From Candidatus Krumholzibacteriota bacterium (GTDB lineage Bacteria; Krumholzibacteriota; Krumholzibacteriia; LZORAL124-64-63): 51,581 bases of DNA. The notes beneath the pieces were generated by a model. That model was given only the letters and a program-made list of their open reading frames with translations. It was not told the origin of the DNA and searched no databases. Where the stretch lies: positions 1 to 51,581 of the forward strand of contig JBDLKA010000015.1 of assembly GCA_039714075.1 (NCBI GenBank), given 5' to 3'. A program made the position numbers and the translations under genes. Positions 9,870 to 18,661 of the stretch are shown here, in pieces (position 1 is the stretch's first letter; every line of letters begins with the position of its first letter).

Positions 9870-10657
9870 GGCGCCACCTCCGGAGCGGGAATCTCGAGCA
9901 TGAGCAGGTCCGGAGCCACCAGCTTCCGGGCGATGCGGATGCCCCGGCGCACCTGGTTGCGGTCGCGACCGCCGGTCAGTGAGGCCCACTGGTTCGTTTC
10001 GGAGTCCCACTTGCCGGTCGAGCCCGCATCGTTGGTCTGGTAGTAGAGTCCGACCCGGCCCAGACGCAGCACGTTGACCTCGAGATTCGCATCCCCGACG
10101 ACCAGCGCATCCTTGTAGGTCTCGATGGTCCGGCCGAAATCGTTCTCGATCTGGAAGGCCTCGGTCAGGCTGCGGAACTTCTCGGCCAAAGTGACGTCGG
10201 CCCGCTCCATGAGCACCCGCAGGCGTTCGACCCGGGTCAGGCGTTCGTCGAGCAGGAAGGGAAGGTCGAGCTTGATGAACTGTTCCAGGCCGTCGAGCAT
10301 GCGGATCATCAGGGGCATGATCTGGCGTTCGACGATGTCGACCTGGTCCAGGGACCGGCTCAGCGCTTCGAGTTCGAGATCCTGGTTGCCGATCTGGCGC
10401 TGAATGTAATCGTTGTAGACCTCCAGGCCGTCGACCTGCTTCATGACCTGCTTGTACTCGGACTCGAGATCCTGGGCCTGGCTCACCATCTCGTCGATCC
10501 GCGCCTGGGAAGCCTGGGCGATCTGGACCCGGGCCGCACCGGCGTGCAGGACATCGTCGAGATCGGACGCGATGCTGCCGGGTGAAAAGGCCAGTCCGAA
10601 CAGGAAGGCCGGAAGGACCCTTGCCAGGAATATCCTTGCCGCTGGACGCTTAATCAT
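9866..10657 (-). CDS. DUF3450 family periplasmic protein (TtpB-like)
   Basis: Signal peptide, coiled coil, 'LDLPFLLDER', 'EKFR...EAFQIENDFGR', 'LRLGRVGLYYQT'. Start chosen by GGAG RBS. Confidence 0.85.
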   Translation of the reverse strand: MIKRPAARIFLARVLPAFLFGLAFSPGSIASDLDDVLHAGAARVQIAQASQARIDEMVSQAQDLESEYKQVMKQVDGLEVYNDYIQRQIGNQDLELEALSRSLDQVDIVERQIMPLMIRMLDGLEQFIKLDLPFLLDERLTRVERLRVLMERADVTLAEKFRSLTEAFQIENDFGRTIETYKDALVVGDANLEVNVLRLGRVGLYYQTNDAGSTGKWDSETNQWASLTGGRDRNQVRRGIRIARKLVAPDLLMLEIPAPEVAP

Positions 10658-10969
10658 TCCCATCTCCATTCTGCGGGCTGGGCCATTTTGGAGAATCCCG
10701 GTCGATGCCTTTCCCGGATTCAGCCTGTAAATCTCACTTGACAAGATGATATCCGACTTTACGAATTCCGCGAACCCCGGCATTGTCCCATGTATTCAAA
10801 TCGGGCACCAGATTTTTTGGAGCGGCCGCCTCGCATCAATGGTTGTGATGCCGATCGATTTGGACAATTATTACCATTGGTGGGATAATCGCCCTGGACC
10901 CGGCTCGTCTCCCGCCAGCCGGAAAAATGACCGAAACCGGATCGTCACCCTTCGGCCGGAGCCCGCGAG

Positions 10970-13267
10970 ATGAATCTGTTGCAGGATCTTCGCCAACGCC
11001 GTGTCCCCCAGATCGTCAGCGGCTATGTCCTCGGTGGTTGGGGTGTTCTTCAGTTTCTGGCCTTTCTCGAGAGCCGCATGACGGTTTCTCCCCACCTGGT
11101 CAACCTCATCGGGCTGGCCCTGCTGTTTCTGCTGCCGTCGGTGATCACTTTGGCCTGGGTGCACGGCAGGCCCGGCAAGGACACCTGGGGGCGCGCACCC
11201 AAGATGGTCGTGCCTGCGAATCTGGCGGCAACCGCCCTTCTGCTGGTGATCCTGTTCAGCGGCCGGGATCTCGGGGCGGTGACCCAGACCATTGCGGTCG
11301 AGGATGAGAACGGCACGGTCAAGGAGCGCGTCGTGCCCAAGGACGAGTACCGTCGCCGCGTGCTGATCTTCTACCCGGAGAACCAAAGCGGTGAAGAGGG
11401 CGCCTGGGCCGGCGAGACCATTGCCTACCTGATGAGTCTGGATCTTGGTCAGGACGGGTTCGTCGATGCGGTCGTTCCCCTGACCATGGCCGACGCCATG
11501 CGGGATGCCGGCAGTGATGACGGCCATGGACTGCCCCGCCCATTGCAGCGCAAGGTCACGCGGGACGCCCACATCGGATACTTCCTGACCGGCTCGATCG
11601 GGCGTCGGGACAGCCAATGGCAGTTGACCACCGAACTGCACGAAAGCGAATCCGGAAAAACCGTGGCCAACCGCACCAATGAGGCGGCCGACCTGTTCAC
11701 GCTTGTCGACCGGGTTTCACTTCAGTTGCGGGAGGACCTGGGCATTCCCGCGGCCCATCTGGACAACAATCCCGATCTGCCCATCGCCGAACTCACCAGC
11801 ACGGACCCGCAGGCGGTCACCAGCCAGGTGCGGGCCATCATTGCGGTCGCCCATCACAACGATTGGGAAGCGGGGCTGCAGCACCTGGAAGACGCGGTCG
11901 GGCGCGACCCGCGGTTCGCCCTCGCCCAGTTCCTGCTCTTCGGCGTGCATACGACCATGGGGAACAGCGAGGGTGCCTCGGCAGCCATCGCCGCCGCCAT
12001 GGACAACCTCTACCGCGTGCCCGAACGGACCGCCTTCCTGATCAAGTCCCAGTACTATTTCGACGAGAAGAAGGACCCGGACAAGGCCATGGCCGTGCTG
12101 CACATGTGGAGCCGGATCTATCCCGACGACGTGAACGCCTACGAGATGCAGGCCACTTTCTATTTCATCCGTCAGGATCTGCCCCGGACCATCGCCGCGT
12201 ACGAGCGGATCCTGGCCATCGACCCGTCACGGGTGAAGTACATGGAAGAGCTGGCTGACCTCCACACCCAGCTCGGCAACTACGATGAGGCCGAAGGTTA
12301 CCTGAAACGATACGTGGATATTTATCCGACCCGGACCGACGGTTACGATGACCTTTCCGATTTCTACAGCGCCACCGGCCGTCTGGACGAGGCCCGGAAG
12401 GTGTTGGACAAGGCCCTGCTCCTGGAGCCTGAAAACCTGGATTTGAATCTCAGCCTGATCGATCTGGAAATCAAAGTCGGGAAATACCATGAGTCCGAAC
12501 AGGCCCTGGCCGATCTGATGGCGCGGGCCGGGACGGCCAAGGAACGCATGCGGATCTGCGCCCGGCAGCTGAAGTTGGGCGGCGTCCAGGGAATGCCCGA
12601 CGTCGTCCTCGACCGACTCGAGGCTATTTACGAAGCCACGCTCGAAATCCAAAGTCCTCTGCAGGCCAACATCATTTATTCGGTGATGCTTCCCGCAGCC
12701 AGCATGGCCGGGCGACCGACGGAAACCCTTTCACGCCTTGCCGAGGTCAAGTCCCGCATCCCGGCCCCCTTCACCGATCTGGCGGGCATAGGGGAAGCCT
12801 GGGTGTATGCCGACCTCGGTCAGGTGTCCGCAGCGACGGCTTCCCTGGCAGCCGCGGTTTCGATTGTGGATTCGTACAAGTTAGAAACCTTTCGCCCCAG
12901 CATCTCGCTGATCGAAGGTATGATTGCGGAAGCGGCGGGCGATCTGGACGCGGCAATCCCGCACTTTCGCGAGGCCGCAGACAAGGCGATCAAGCCCGAT
13001 CCCTCGTATCAAGTCAGGCTGGCCCGGGCGCTGCGCCTTACCGGTGAAGACGAAGAGGCGATGGCTGTTCTCCAAGACGCCCTGAAAATCGAACCTGCGC
13101 ACCCCGAGTACAATCTCGAGTTGGCGCATCTGCACCACCGGCGGGACGACCCCGTCAAGGCGCGCAAACACCTGAACGTGGCTCTGGAAGCCTGGGGCGG
13201 GGCGGGGCCGGAGTATCTGCCGGCCCGGGAAGCCCGGCAACTTGCGGACCAGCTCAAGGCGCTCTGA
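10970..13267 (+). CDS. Membrane-anchored TPR protein (3 N-terminal TM, TolB-N/FlgO-like domain, long TPR array)
   Basis: N-terminus 'LRQRRVPQIVSGYVLGGW', hydrophobic helices, 'YFLTGSI...QLTTELH' domain, many TPRs. Confidence 0.8.
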   Translation: MNLLQDLRQRRVPQIVSGYVLGGWGVLQFLAFLESRMTVSPHLVNLIGLALLFLLPSVITLAWVHGRPGKDTWGRAPKMVVPANLAATALLLVILFSGRDLGAVTQTIAVEDENGTVKERVVPKDEYRRRVLIFYPENQSGEEGAWAGETIAYLMSLDLGQDGFVDAVVPLTMADAMRDAGSDDGHGLPRPLQRKVTRDAHIGYFLTGSIGRRDSQWQLTTELHESESGKTVANRTNEAADLFTLVDRVSLQLREDLGIPAAHLDNNPDLPIAELTSTDPQAVTSQVRAIIAVAHHNDWEAGLQHLEDAVGRDPRFALAQFLLFGVHTTMGNSEGASAAIAAAMDNLYRVPERTAFLIKSQYYFDEKKDPDKAMAVLHMWSRIYPDDVNAYEMQATFYFIRQDLPRTIAAYERILAIDPSRVKYMEELADLHTQLGNYDEAEGYLKRYVDIYPTRTDGYDDLSDFYSATGRLDEARKVLDKALLLEPENLDLNLSLIDLEIKVGKYHESEQALADLMARAGTAKERMRICARQLKLGGVQGMPDVVLDRLEAIYEATLEIQSPLQANIIYSVMLPAASMAGRPTETLSRLAEVKSRIPAPFTDLAGIGEAWVYADLGQVSAATASLAAAVSIVDSYKLETFRPSISLIEGMIAEAAGDLDAAIPHFREAADKAIKPDPSYQVRLARALRLTGEDEEAMAVLQDALKIEPAHPEYNLELAHLHHRRDDPVKARKHLNVALEAWGGAGPEYLPAREARQLADQLKAL

Positions 13268-13324
13268 TACTCGGGACGGTTGCGGTCCGGTCCGCAATCA
13301 CATTCCATGAAAAGGGGGTCATGG

Positions 13325-14212
13325 ATGCCGATCGACTTGTCGCAGCCCAACTGGGAACTGTTGGTCCCGCCACTTCTTCTGCTGTTGGTGGGACTCGTGT
13401 GGATTGCCGCAAGCCTGAGCAGGGGCCGCTTCACCCTGCCCGGCCACCTGGGTTACTTCTGGGTATTTCTCCTCATCTGTGTCATTACCGACTTCTTCTC
13501 TTTTACACCTGCCGTCTGGCTGATGGCCCTCGTATCCTTCCGGGCCCTGCGTGAGTATTTCTCGCTGGTCGACCTGCGGCTCGAAGATCGCTGGGGTGTT
13601 CTGGGCGCCTATCTTTCGATTCCCTTCATGATCTATCTCATCCAGATCGACTGGTACGGCTTCTTCATCGTCTCCATCCCGGTCTACGTTTTCATCGTCA
13701 TTCCCTTCCTGGTCACCCTTGCCGACAGCCAGAGCCAGGGGAGCCTGCTTTCCATCGGAGCCATTGACTTCGGAATCTTCTTCTTTGTCTTCTGCCTGGG
13801 ACATATCGCATACCTGGCTTTTTTCTCCACCTGGTTGGTGCTGCTTTTCCTGCTGGGAGTGGTCGGTTGCAATGCGGCAAATGCCATAACCGCAAGAAGG
13901 GGTCGAATGCCCGGCTTCGTTCTCTCCTGCCTGATTTGCCTGGCCCTCACCCTGGGACTTCGCTCCTGGACTCTGGTGCCGACGGGAGCCGCGGTATTTC
14001 TCGGCTTTCTGATTCCGGTGCTCGTTCAGATGGGGAACCATACCGTCGACGCCCTGGGACGTGACCTGGGAATCAGCGCCGCCGATCTCGAACCGGGCCG
14101 CGGGCACGTTCTTTTTTCACTGAAGGCATATCTCTTCGCCGCACCGATCGTGTTTCACTATCTGCGCTGGGTCATGAAATTCGGCGAATTGATTCACCGT
14201 CATGGCACCTGA
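13325..14212 (+). CDS. Phosphatidate cytidylyltransferase (CdsA/YnbB)-like membrane protein, degenerate
   Basis: YnbB-like 'LVSFRALREYFSL' and 'WYGFFIVSIPVYVF', and 'LFAAPIVFHYLR'; catalytic region altered. Confidence 0.7.
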   Translation: MPIDLSQPNWELLVPPLLLLLVGLVWIAASLSRGRFTLPGHLGYFWVFLLICVITDFFSFTPAVWLMALVSFRALREYFSLVDLRLEDRWGVLGAYLSIPFMIYLIQIDWYGFFIVSIPVYVFIVIPFLVTLADSQSQGSLLSIGAIDFGIFFFVFCLGHIAYLAFFSTWLVLLFLLGVVGCNAANAITARRGRMPGFVLSCLICLALTLGLRSWTLVPTGAAVFLGFLIPVLVQMGNHTVDALGRDLGISAADLEPGRGHVLFSLKAYLFAAPIVFHYLRWVMKFGELIHRHGT

Positions 14213-15629
14213 CCCGCGCAGACTGCTGGCCCTGTTGCTGCACCTGCTGGTGTTGCGGCCGTTCCTGCACCTGGTTTTCGGCTTGAACGTGCGAGGACGG
14301 GAGAACCTGCCGACCCGTGGCCCCTGCATCCTGGCCGCCAACCACAACAGCCACCTGGATATCCTCACGATCTATGGCGCCCTGCCGATCCGTTTGGTCA
14401 TGGCCGCACACGTCGTTGCTGCGTACGATTACTTCGCTCGCCACCGCCTGCTTTTCGCCACCGTGGATTTCCTCTTCAAACCCGTCTGGGTCGACCGCAA
14501 TTGCCGCGGGGGCGACACCCTGGACATGATGAACGGCTACCTCGAAGCGGGCGAGAGCATCATCATTTTTCCGGAAGGAACTCGCGGCGAGGCGGGGCAA
14601 ATTGGGAATTTCCACTGCGGAGTCGGAAGGCTCGCCGCCGATCATCCTGAGGTTCCCCTGCTCCCGGTTTACCTGCGCGGCACGGAACGGGCTTTGCCAC
14701 GTAAATCATCCTTGCCCTTGCCTATCTGGCAGCATATCAGCATCGGACCACCGCAGCGGCTGGATGCCGGCGTCAGGGACACCACTGAAGCCCTGCGGGA
14801 AAGCATTCTGGCTCTGGAGCGGTCCGAAATCGCCTCGCGTCACCAGCGCAGGCCCGATCGCCGCCGAACCTTCGTCGTCGCCGTACTGGGCATCGACGGC
14901 TCGGGCAAGAGTACCCTCTCACGACGCCTTTCCCTCGACCTGTCCCAGGCCGGGCGCACCTGTCTGATCGGTGACAGCCTTGAACTTTTCGCCGACGGCG
15001 ACCCTTGCGCCGCGCAGCCACTGTTGAAGGAGAAGCTCCGTCGCTGGGTGAGCGCGCAGGCCAAGGACGCCAAATCCCTGGCCCGTTACAAGATTCCCAA
15101 ACTGACCGAACTCCTGCTGCGCGACGCCCTGCTGGGGGAAACCAAACGCTGGTACGGCTCCGACCTGATCTTCATGGACGGCTCCCCCATTCTCAACATG
15201 ACGGCCTGGTCGATCCTCTATCGACCGGAAATGATGAGCGCTGATTTCTGCGCCCGTGCCATGGCGATCCTGGCCGGACGGGGATCGGCGAAGGATCCCC
15301 TTTTCAGCGAGTTCCCGGAACTGAAGGTGATGAAGCGATTGGGCCTGACCCGGCTGGCCATGCCGGACGCGGTGATTTTTCTCGATATTCCAGCGGCGGT
15401 CTCCATGAACCGGATCCGAAACCGGGGTGAAAAAATGCAGGTTCACGAAACGGAGGAGAAGCTGGGCCGTCTGCGCGAGGCCTATCTTCTGGTGGTCAAA
15501 GCCACGGCCGAAAAAATGGATCTGCCAACTTTCATCCTGGATGGAGACCGGGACCTGGAATCAATTGCGACCGAGGCCCGGCGCGCCGTGGAAGGCGCCC
15601 GCCCCGAATCAGGAGGTAACGGGGAATGA
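14202..15629 (+). CDS. PlsC-type acyltransferase fused to a thymidylate-kinase-like P-loop domain
   Basis: 'ANHNSHLD' (HX4D) and 'FPEGTR' in the N-half; 'LGIDGSGKST' and 'PDAVIFLD' in the C-half. Confidence 0.85.
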   Translation: MAPDPRRLLALLLHLLVLRPFLHLVFGLNVRGRENLPTRGPCILAANHNSHLDILTIYGALPIRLVMAAHVVAAYDYFARHRLLFATVDFLFKPVWVDRNCRGGDTLDMMNGYLEAGESIIIFPEGTRGEAGQIGNFHCGVGRLAADHPEVPLLPVYLRGTERALPRKSSLPLPIWQHISIGPPQRLDAGVRDTTEALRESILALERSEIASRHQRRPDRRRTFVVAVLGIDGSGKSTLSRRLSLDLSQAGRTCLIGDSLELFADGDPCAAQPLLKEKLRRWVSAQAKDAKSLARYKIPKLTELLLRDALLGETKRWYGSDLIFMDGSPILNMTAWSILYRPEMMSADFCARAMAILAGRGSAKDPLFSEFPELKVMKRLGLTRLAMPDAVIFLDIPAAVSMNRIRNRGEKMQVHETEEKLGRLREAYLLVVKATAEKMDLPTFILDGDRDLESIATEARRAVEGARPESGGNGE

Positions 15630-16624
15630 GCACGACCATACATGTGATCGCGACCACCATCTCCGGGTCGATCAGCGACTGGAGCAAGGTGGAGCGCATC
15701 CAACCCCTCTTCGCCGAGCATGGTTTCGACGATCTGCATCTGCACGTGGTCGACAGTCATGCCGGAGCCAGGAAGCAGGCGCACCGGTTGGTGACCGAGG
15801 GTCGGCGCCTGCTGATTTCGGCGGGTGGTTCGGGCACCTTCAACGCCGTGCTCGAGGGTTGCTGCGATGCGAAAGTGCCCTTGGGCGATATCCGTCTGGG
15901 ATTCCTGCGCAAGGGTTCGGCCGACCTGCTCGGCAAGGTCCTGGGCATGCCGGACGAGATCGAAGCCGCGGTGGCTGTCTTCGCCGAGTCAATCCGCGCC
16001 GGACACGTCATGGCCTGCGACGTCCTGTCGGCCCGCAGCGAAGGCAGCGACGACCCGCCTCGGCATTTCGTGGGTTACGGGGGCGCGGAAATCTTCGGCC
16101 GCATCCCGTTTTTCACCGAGAACCGGTTCATGAAGTGGTACAAGGGCGTGCTCAGCCAGGTATTCGGCGATCTGGGGCCCTTCACGCTGGGCATGACCCT
16201 GGCCCTGCTCGAAAAGATTCTGAAAGGACCCTTCGGCCGGAAGAAGTGGCAGATCCTGCTGGATGGCCAGGAAGTCGCGGCCGGCCCCTACCAGGCCCTG
16301 ATCATCGTCAACGGGTATCTGGGACCCGACATGCCCTACTCGGATGACGCACTCGGCTCGGGTTGTTTTCATCTTTTCGCCCTCAGCGACCTGGGCGCCC
16401 GGCGACTAATCGGACAGGCCCGCCATGCCCGGAACGGCACGATCATGCAGGATCCGTCCCGGTGGGGAATGACGCACTTCCACGTCAAGGGGACGCTGAC
16501 CCTGGAATCGGTGGGCCAGCGATCGTTCCCCTTGAACGTGGACGGGTCGACGCTGCGATGCCGGGGAGCCGCAACGATCAGGCGCGTGGGCGAGATCAGC
16601 CTGATCGCCCGGCTCCCCGTTTGA
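15626..16624 (+). CDS. Diacylglycerol/lipid kinase family protein (YegS/DgkB fold)
   Basis: ATGA overlap with the previous gene; 'ISAGGSGTFNAVLEG', 'LGFLRKGSADL', 'IIVNG', 'LNVDG'. Confidence 0.75.
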   Translation: MSTTIHVIATTISGSISDWSKVERIQPLFAEHGFDDLHLHVVDSHAGARKQAHRLVTEGRRLLISAGGSGTFNAVLEGCCDAKVPLGDIRLGFLRKGSADLLGKVLGMPDEIEAAVAVFAESIRAGHVMACDVLSARSEGSDDPPRHFVGYGGAEIFGRIPFFTENRFMKWYKGVLSQVFGDLGPFTLGMTLALLEKILKGPFGRKKWQILLDGQEVAAGPYQALIIVNGYLGPDMPYSDDALGSGCFHLFALSDLGARRLIGQARHARNGTIMQDPSRWGMTHFHVKGTLTLESVGQRSFPLNVDGSTLRCRGAATIRRVGEISLIARLPV

Positions 16625-16633
16625 AACAGCCCC

Positions 16634-18481
16634 CTATTCCACGAGTAGGATCTTGTTCACCTGCGTCTGTGCACCGCCTTCGAGTCTCACCAGATAGGCC
16701 CCGCTCGCCAGACCGGACCCATTGAGCGTCACTTCGTAACGGCCCGGCTCCCTGTTTCCGTCGAACAGCTTGACGACTTCATGACCACGCAGATCATAGA
16801 CTTCCAGGGAAACATGCATTGTCTGGAAGACATCGTAGGAAATCACGGTTCGCGGATTGAAGGGATTGGGATGGCTGGGAAGCAGTTGAAGCTTCAAACC
16901 CCTCTGCCGGGGAAAAACATTCGACGGCTCCGCCACACCCAGGGTCACCGACCGCAGAAGGGGAGATTCCGGGCCGGGTCCTCGGGTGAAATTCAATTCA
17001 TATTGCACGTAGCGCGATAACGGATCGGGAAGCAAACCCGGTTCCGTCGCTTCCATGCTCCAGGGGCCCAGGGCCAGGGGGTCCGTGCCTGAACGAACCC
17101 GCATCCCGACCGTCCCCCCCGCGGGACAGTATGCATCCCTGTCCCAATACCCGGACCATGAAGGGGTTTCCGTATCCAGAACGGAACTCGTCAGGGTTCC
17201 CGCGGGCGCAAACGAGGTCACTTCCCACCAGTTGACAAGCCCGCTGTTTTCAGCCGTTCCCACCGCGTCCAGATCGCCGTCCCCGTCCACGTCGGTCGCC
17301 AGGCACGCCCAGGCATCCCCGAAGGTGGAACTGATGACGTGCTTGACCCAAACGGTTCCCGCACCGTCGTCGTTTTGCCACCAGGTCAGGCCGCGGGCGA
17401 ATTCGGCGGCGGCCAGGACGTCCAGGTCTCCGTCACCGTCCATGTCCGCAGCCGCGGCGGACAGGACCCCGTTGAAATTGGTGTCGATATTTTGCTTCGT
17501 CCAAACAATGGGGTCGCCCCCTTCATTGCGCCACCAGGCGACATCATCGGCCAGGTAGGCGGCCCCCAGGACATCCACGTCCCCGTCATTGTCCAGGTCA
17601 CCGACGTCCACCCAGTGGGCCTGGGCGAAGCTCGTGGCTATGTCCTGTCTGGTCCAGACGATGGGATCCCCGCCCCCGTTGCTCCACCAGCTGATCCGTC
17701 CCGGTATCGTGAGGGAAGCGGAAGTCACGTCCAGATCCCCGTCCAGGTCGAAGTCGCTGACGGCCACCGCGCTGGCCATGCCAAACCCGGCGTCGATGGT
17801 CAGGGTGCCGCTCCAGACCGGCGGAGTTCCTCCTTCGTTCCGCCACCAGGCGACACTGTTGCCCTCCTGGGAACAACCGACGATATCGGGATCGCCGTCA
17901 CCATCCATGTCCCCGGTTGCAACGTGATGGATTTGGGGGAAATTATCAGTGACCAGGCGCTTGGTCCAGGTGAGCGGGCTGCCCCCCTCGTTGCTCCACC
18001 AGGCAAGGTCGCCCAGGAGATAGTTGGCCCCCAGCACGTCCAGATCGCCATCCTGGTCCAGGTCGCAGACATGAACGGCGATCTGCGAAACCTTGCCCGT
18101 CTCCAGAACCTGTTTTGTCCACTGGACGGGATCCCCGCCCTCGTTCGACCACCAGGCCGTTTGACCCGACCCGTGGGCGGCGCCCACGATATCGGTATCC
18201 CCGTCGGCGTCCAGATCACAGGCATACAGGCTGCACGCGCCATTGAAGCCCGTCGCCACCGAATGCCCGACCGGCGTGGCCGGGACCGAAGCGAGAGCCA
18301 ACTGCCCCGGCACCGCCAGCCAGGAGGCGTCTTGTTGGCTTGCGAACCCGCTGGTCCAAACCGTTCCCGCCAAATCCTCCCCGGGTCCTGCGGACCAGTC
18401 GGTCTGACACCAATCCTGAGCCGCGGCCGCTAAGGGAGCGATCAACATCAACATCGCGACCAAGAACCTGTAACAATGCAT
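16634..18481 (-). CDS. Secreted FG-GAP/VCBS-repeat beta-propeller protein with FlgD-Ig/T9SS-like C-terminal domain
   Basis: Signal peptide; seven 'D(L/M/F/V)DxDGDxD' repeats with 'WWxN' segments; C-terminal 'HPNPFNPRTVISY...LASGAYLVRL'. Confidence 0.88.
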   Translation of the reverse strand: MHCYRFLVAMLMLIAPLAAAAQDWCQTDWSAGPGEDLAGTVWTSGFASQQDASWLAVPGQLALASVPATPVGHSVATGFNGACSLYACDLDADGDTDIVGAAHGSGQTAWWSNEGGDPVQWTKQVLETGKVSQIAVHVCDLDQDGDLDVLGANYLLGDLAWWSNEGGSPLTWTKRLVTDNFPQIHHVATGDMDGDGDPDIVGCSQEGNSVAWWRNEGGTPPVWSGTLTIDAGFGMASAVAVSDFDLDGDLDVTSASLTIPGRISWWSNGGGDPIVWTRQDIATSFAQAHWVDVGDLDNDGDVDVLGAAYLADDVAWWRNEGGDPIVWTKQNIDTNFNGVLSAAAADMDGDGDLDVLAAAEFARGLTWWQNDDGAGTVWVKHVISSTFGDAWACLATDVDGDGDLDAVGTAENSGLVNWWEVTSFAPAGTLTSSVLDTETPSWSGYWDRDAYCPAGGTVGMRVRSGTDPLALGPWSMEATEPGLLPDPLSRYVQYELNFTRGPGPESPLLRSVTLGVAEPSNVFPRQRGLKLQLLPSHPNPFNPRTVISYDVFQTMHVSLEVYDLRGHEVVKLFDGNREPGRYEVTLNGSGLASGAYLVRLEGGAQTQVNKILLVE

Positions 18482-18545
18482 CTGGCTTACCTTTCATTGG
18501 TGACCGATCATGACGAACGAGGCCAAGCTACGGAAAGGCGCCGAC

Positions 18546-18589
18546 GGGGGTTCAAGAACAAGCCAAGGATTGCCTAAGAGATGTCCAAG
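18546..18589 (-). promoter_or_regulatory. Four 11-bp direct repeats upstream of the FG-GAP gene (candidate wHTH operator)
   Basis: Minus strand CTTGGACATCT CTTAGGCAATC CTTGGCTTGTT CTTGAACCCCC; candidate -10 TAGCTT at 18530-18525. Confidence 0.65.
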
Positions 18590-18598
18590 GGGTATAAT
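18570..18598 (+). promoter_or_regulatory. Sigma70-type promoter of the wHTH-PD40 gene, overlapping the repeat array
   Basis: TTGCCT (18570) - 17 bp - TATAAT (18593). Confidence 0.65.
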
Positions 18599-18661
18599 CA
18601 CTGACATATCAACGCTTTTCCGACGCTGCCGTGGATACCGTGGTCCTACACAGGAGTGCTG

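Noticed and set aside
9870..10010. Extension of the TtpC-like ORF to 500 aa
   Set aside because: Overlaps the DUF3450 gene; coupled ATGA start and signal peptide are at 9869.
15427..16347. 306-aa alternative-frame ORF bridging the PlsC-kinase and DAGK genes (frameshift fusion?)
   Set aside because: Both real genes have clean coupled stop/start signals; the product is Arg/Pro-rich with no motifs.
17220..18230. Periodic DNA repeats suggestive of a CRISPR or tandem array
   Set aside because: Degenerate, in-frame FG-GAP protein repeats; no identical repeats with unique spacers and no cas genes.
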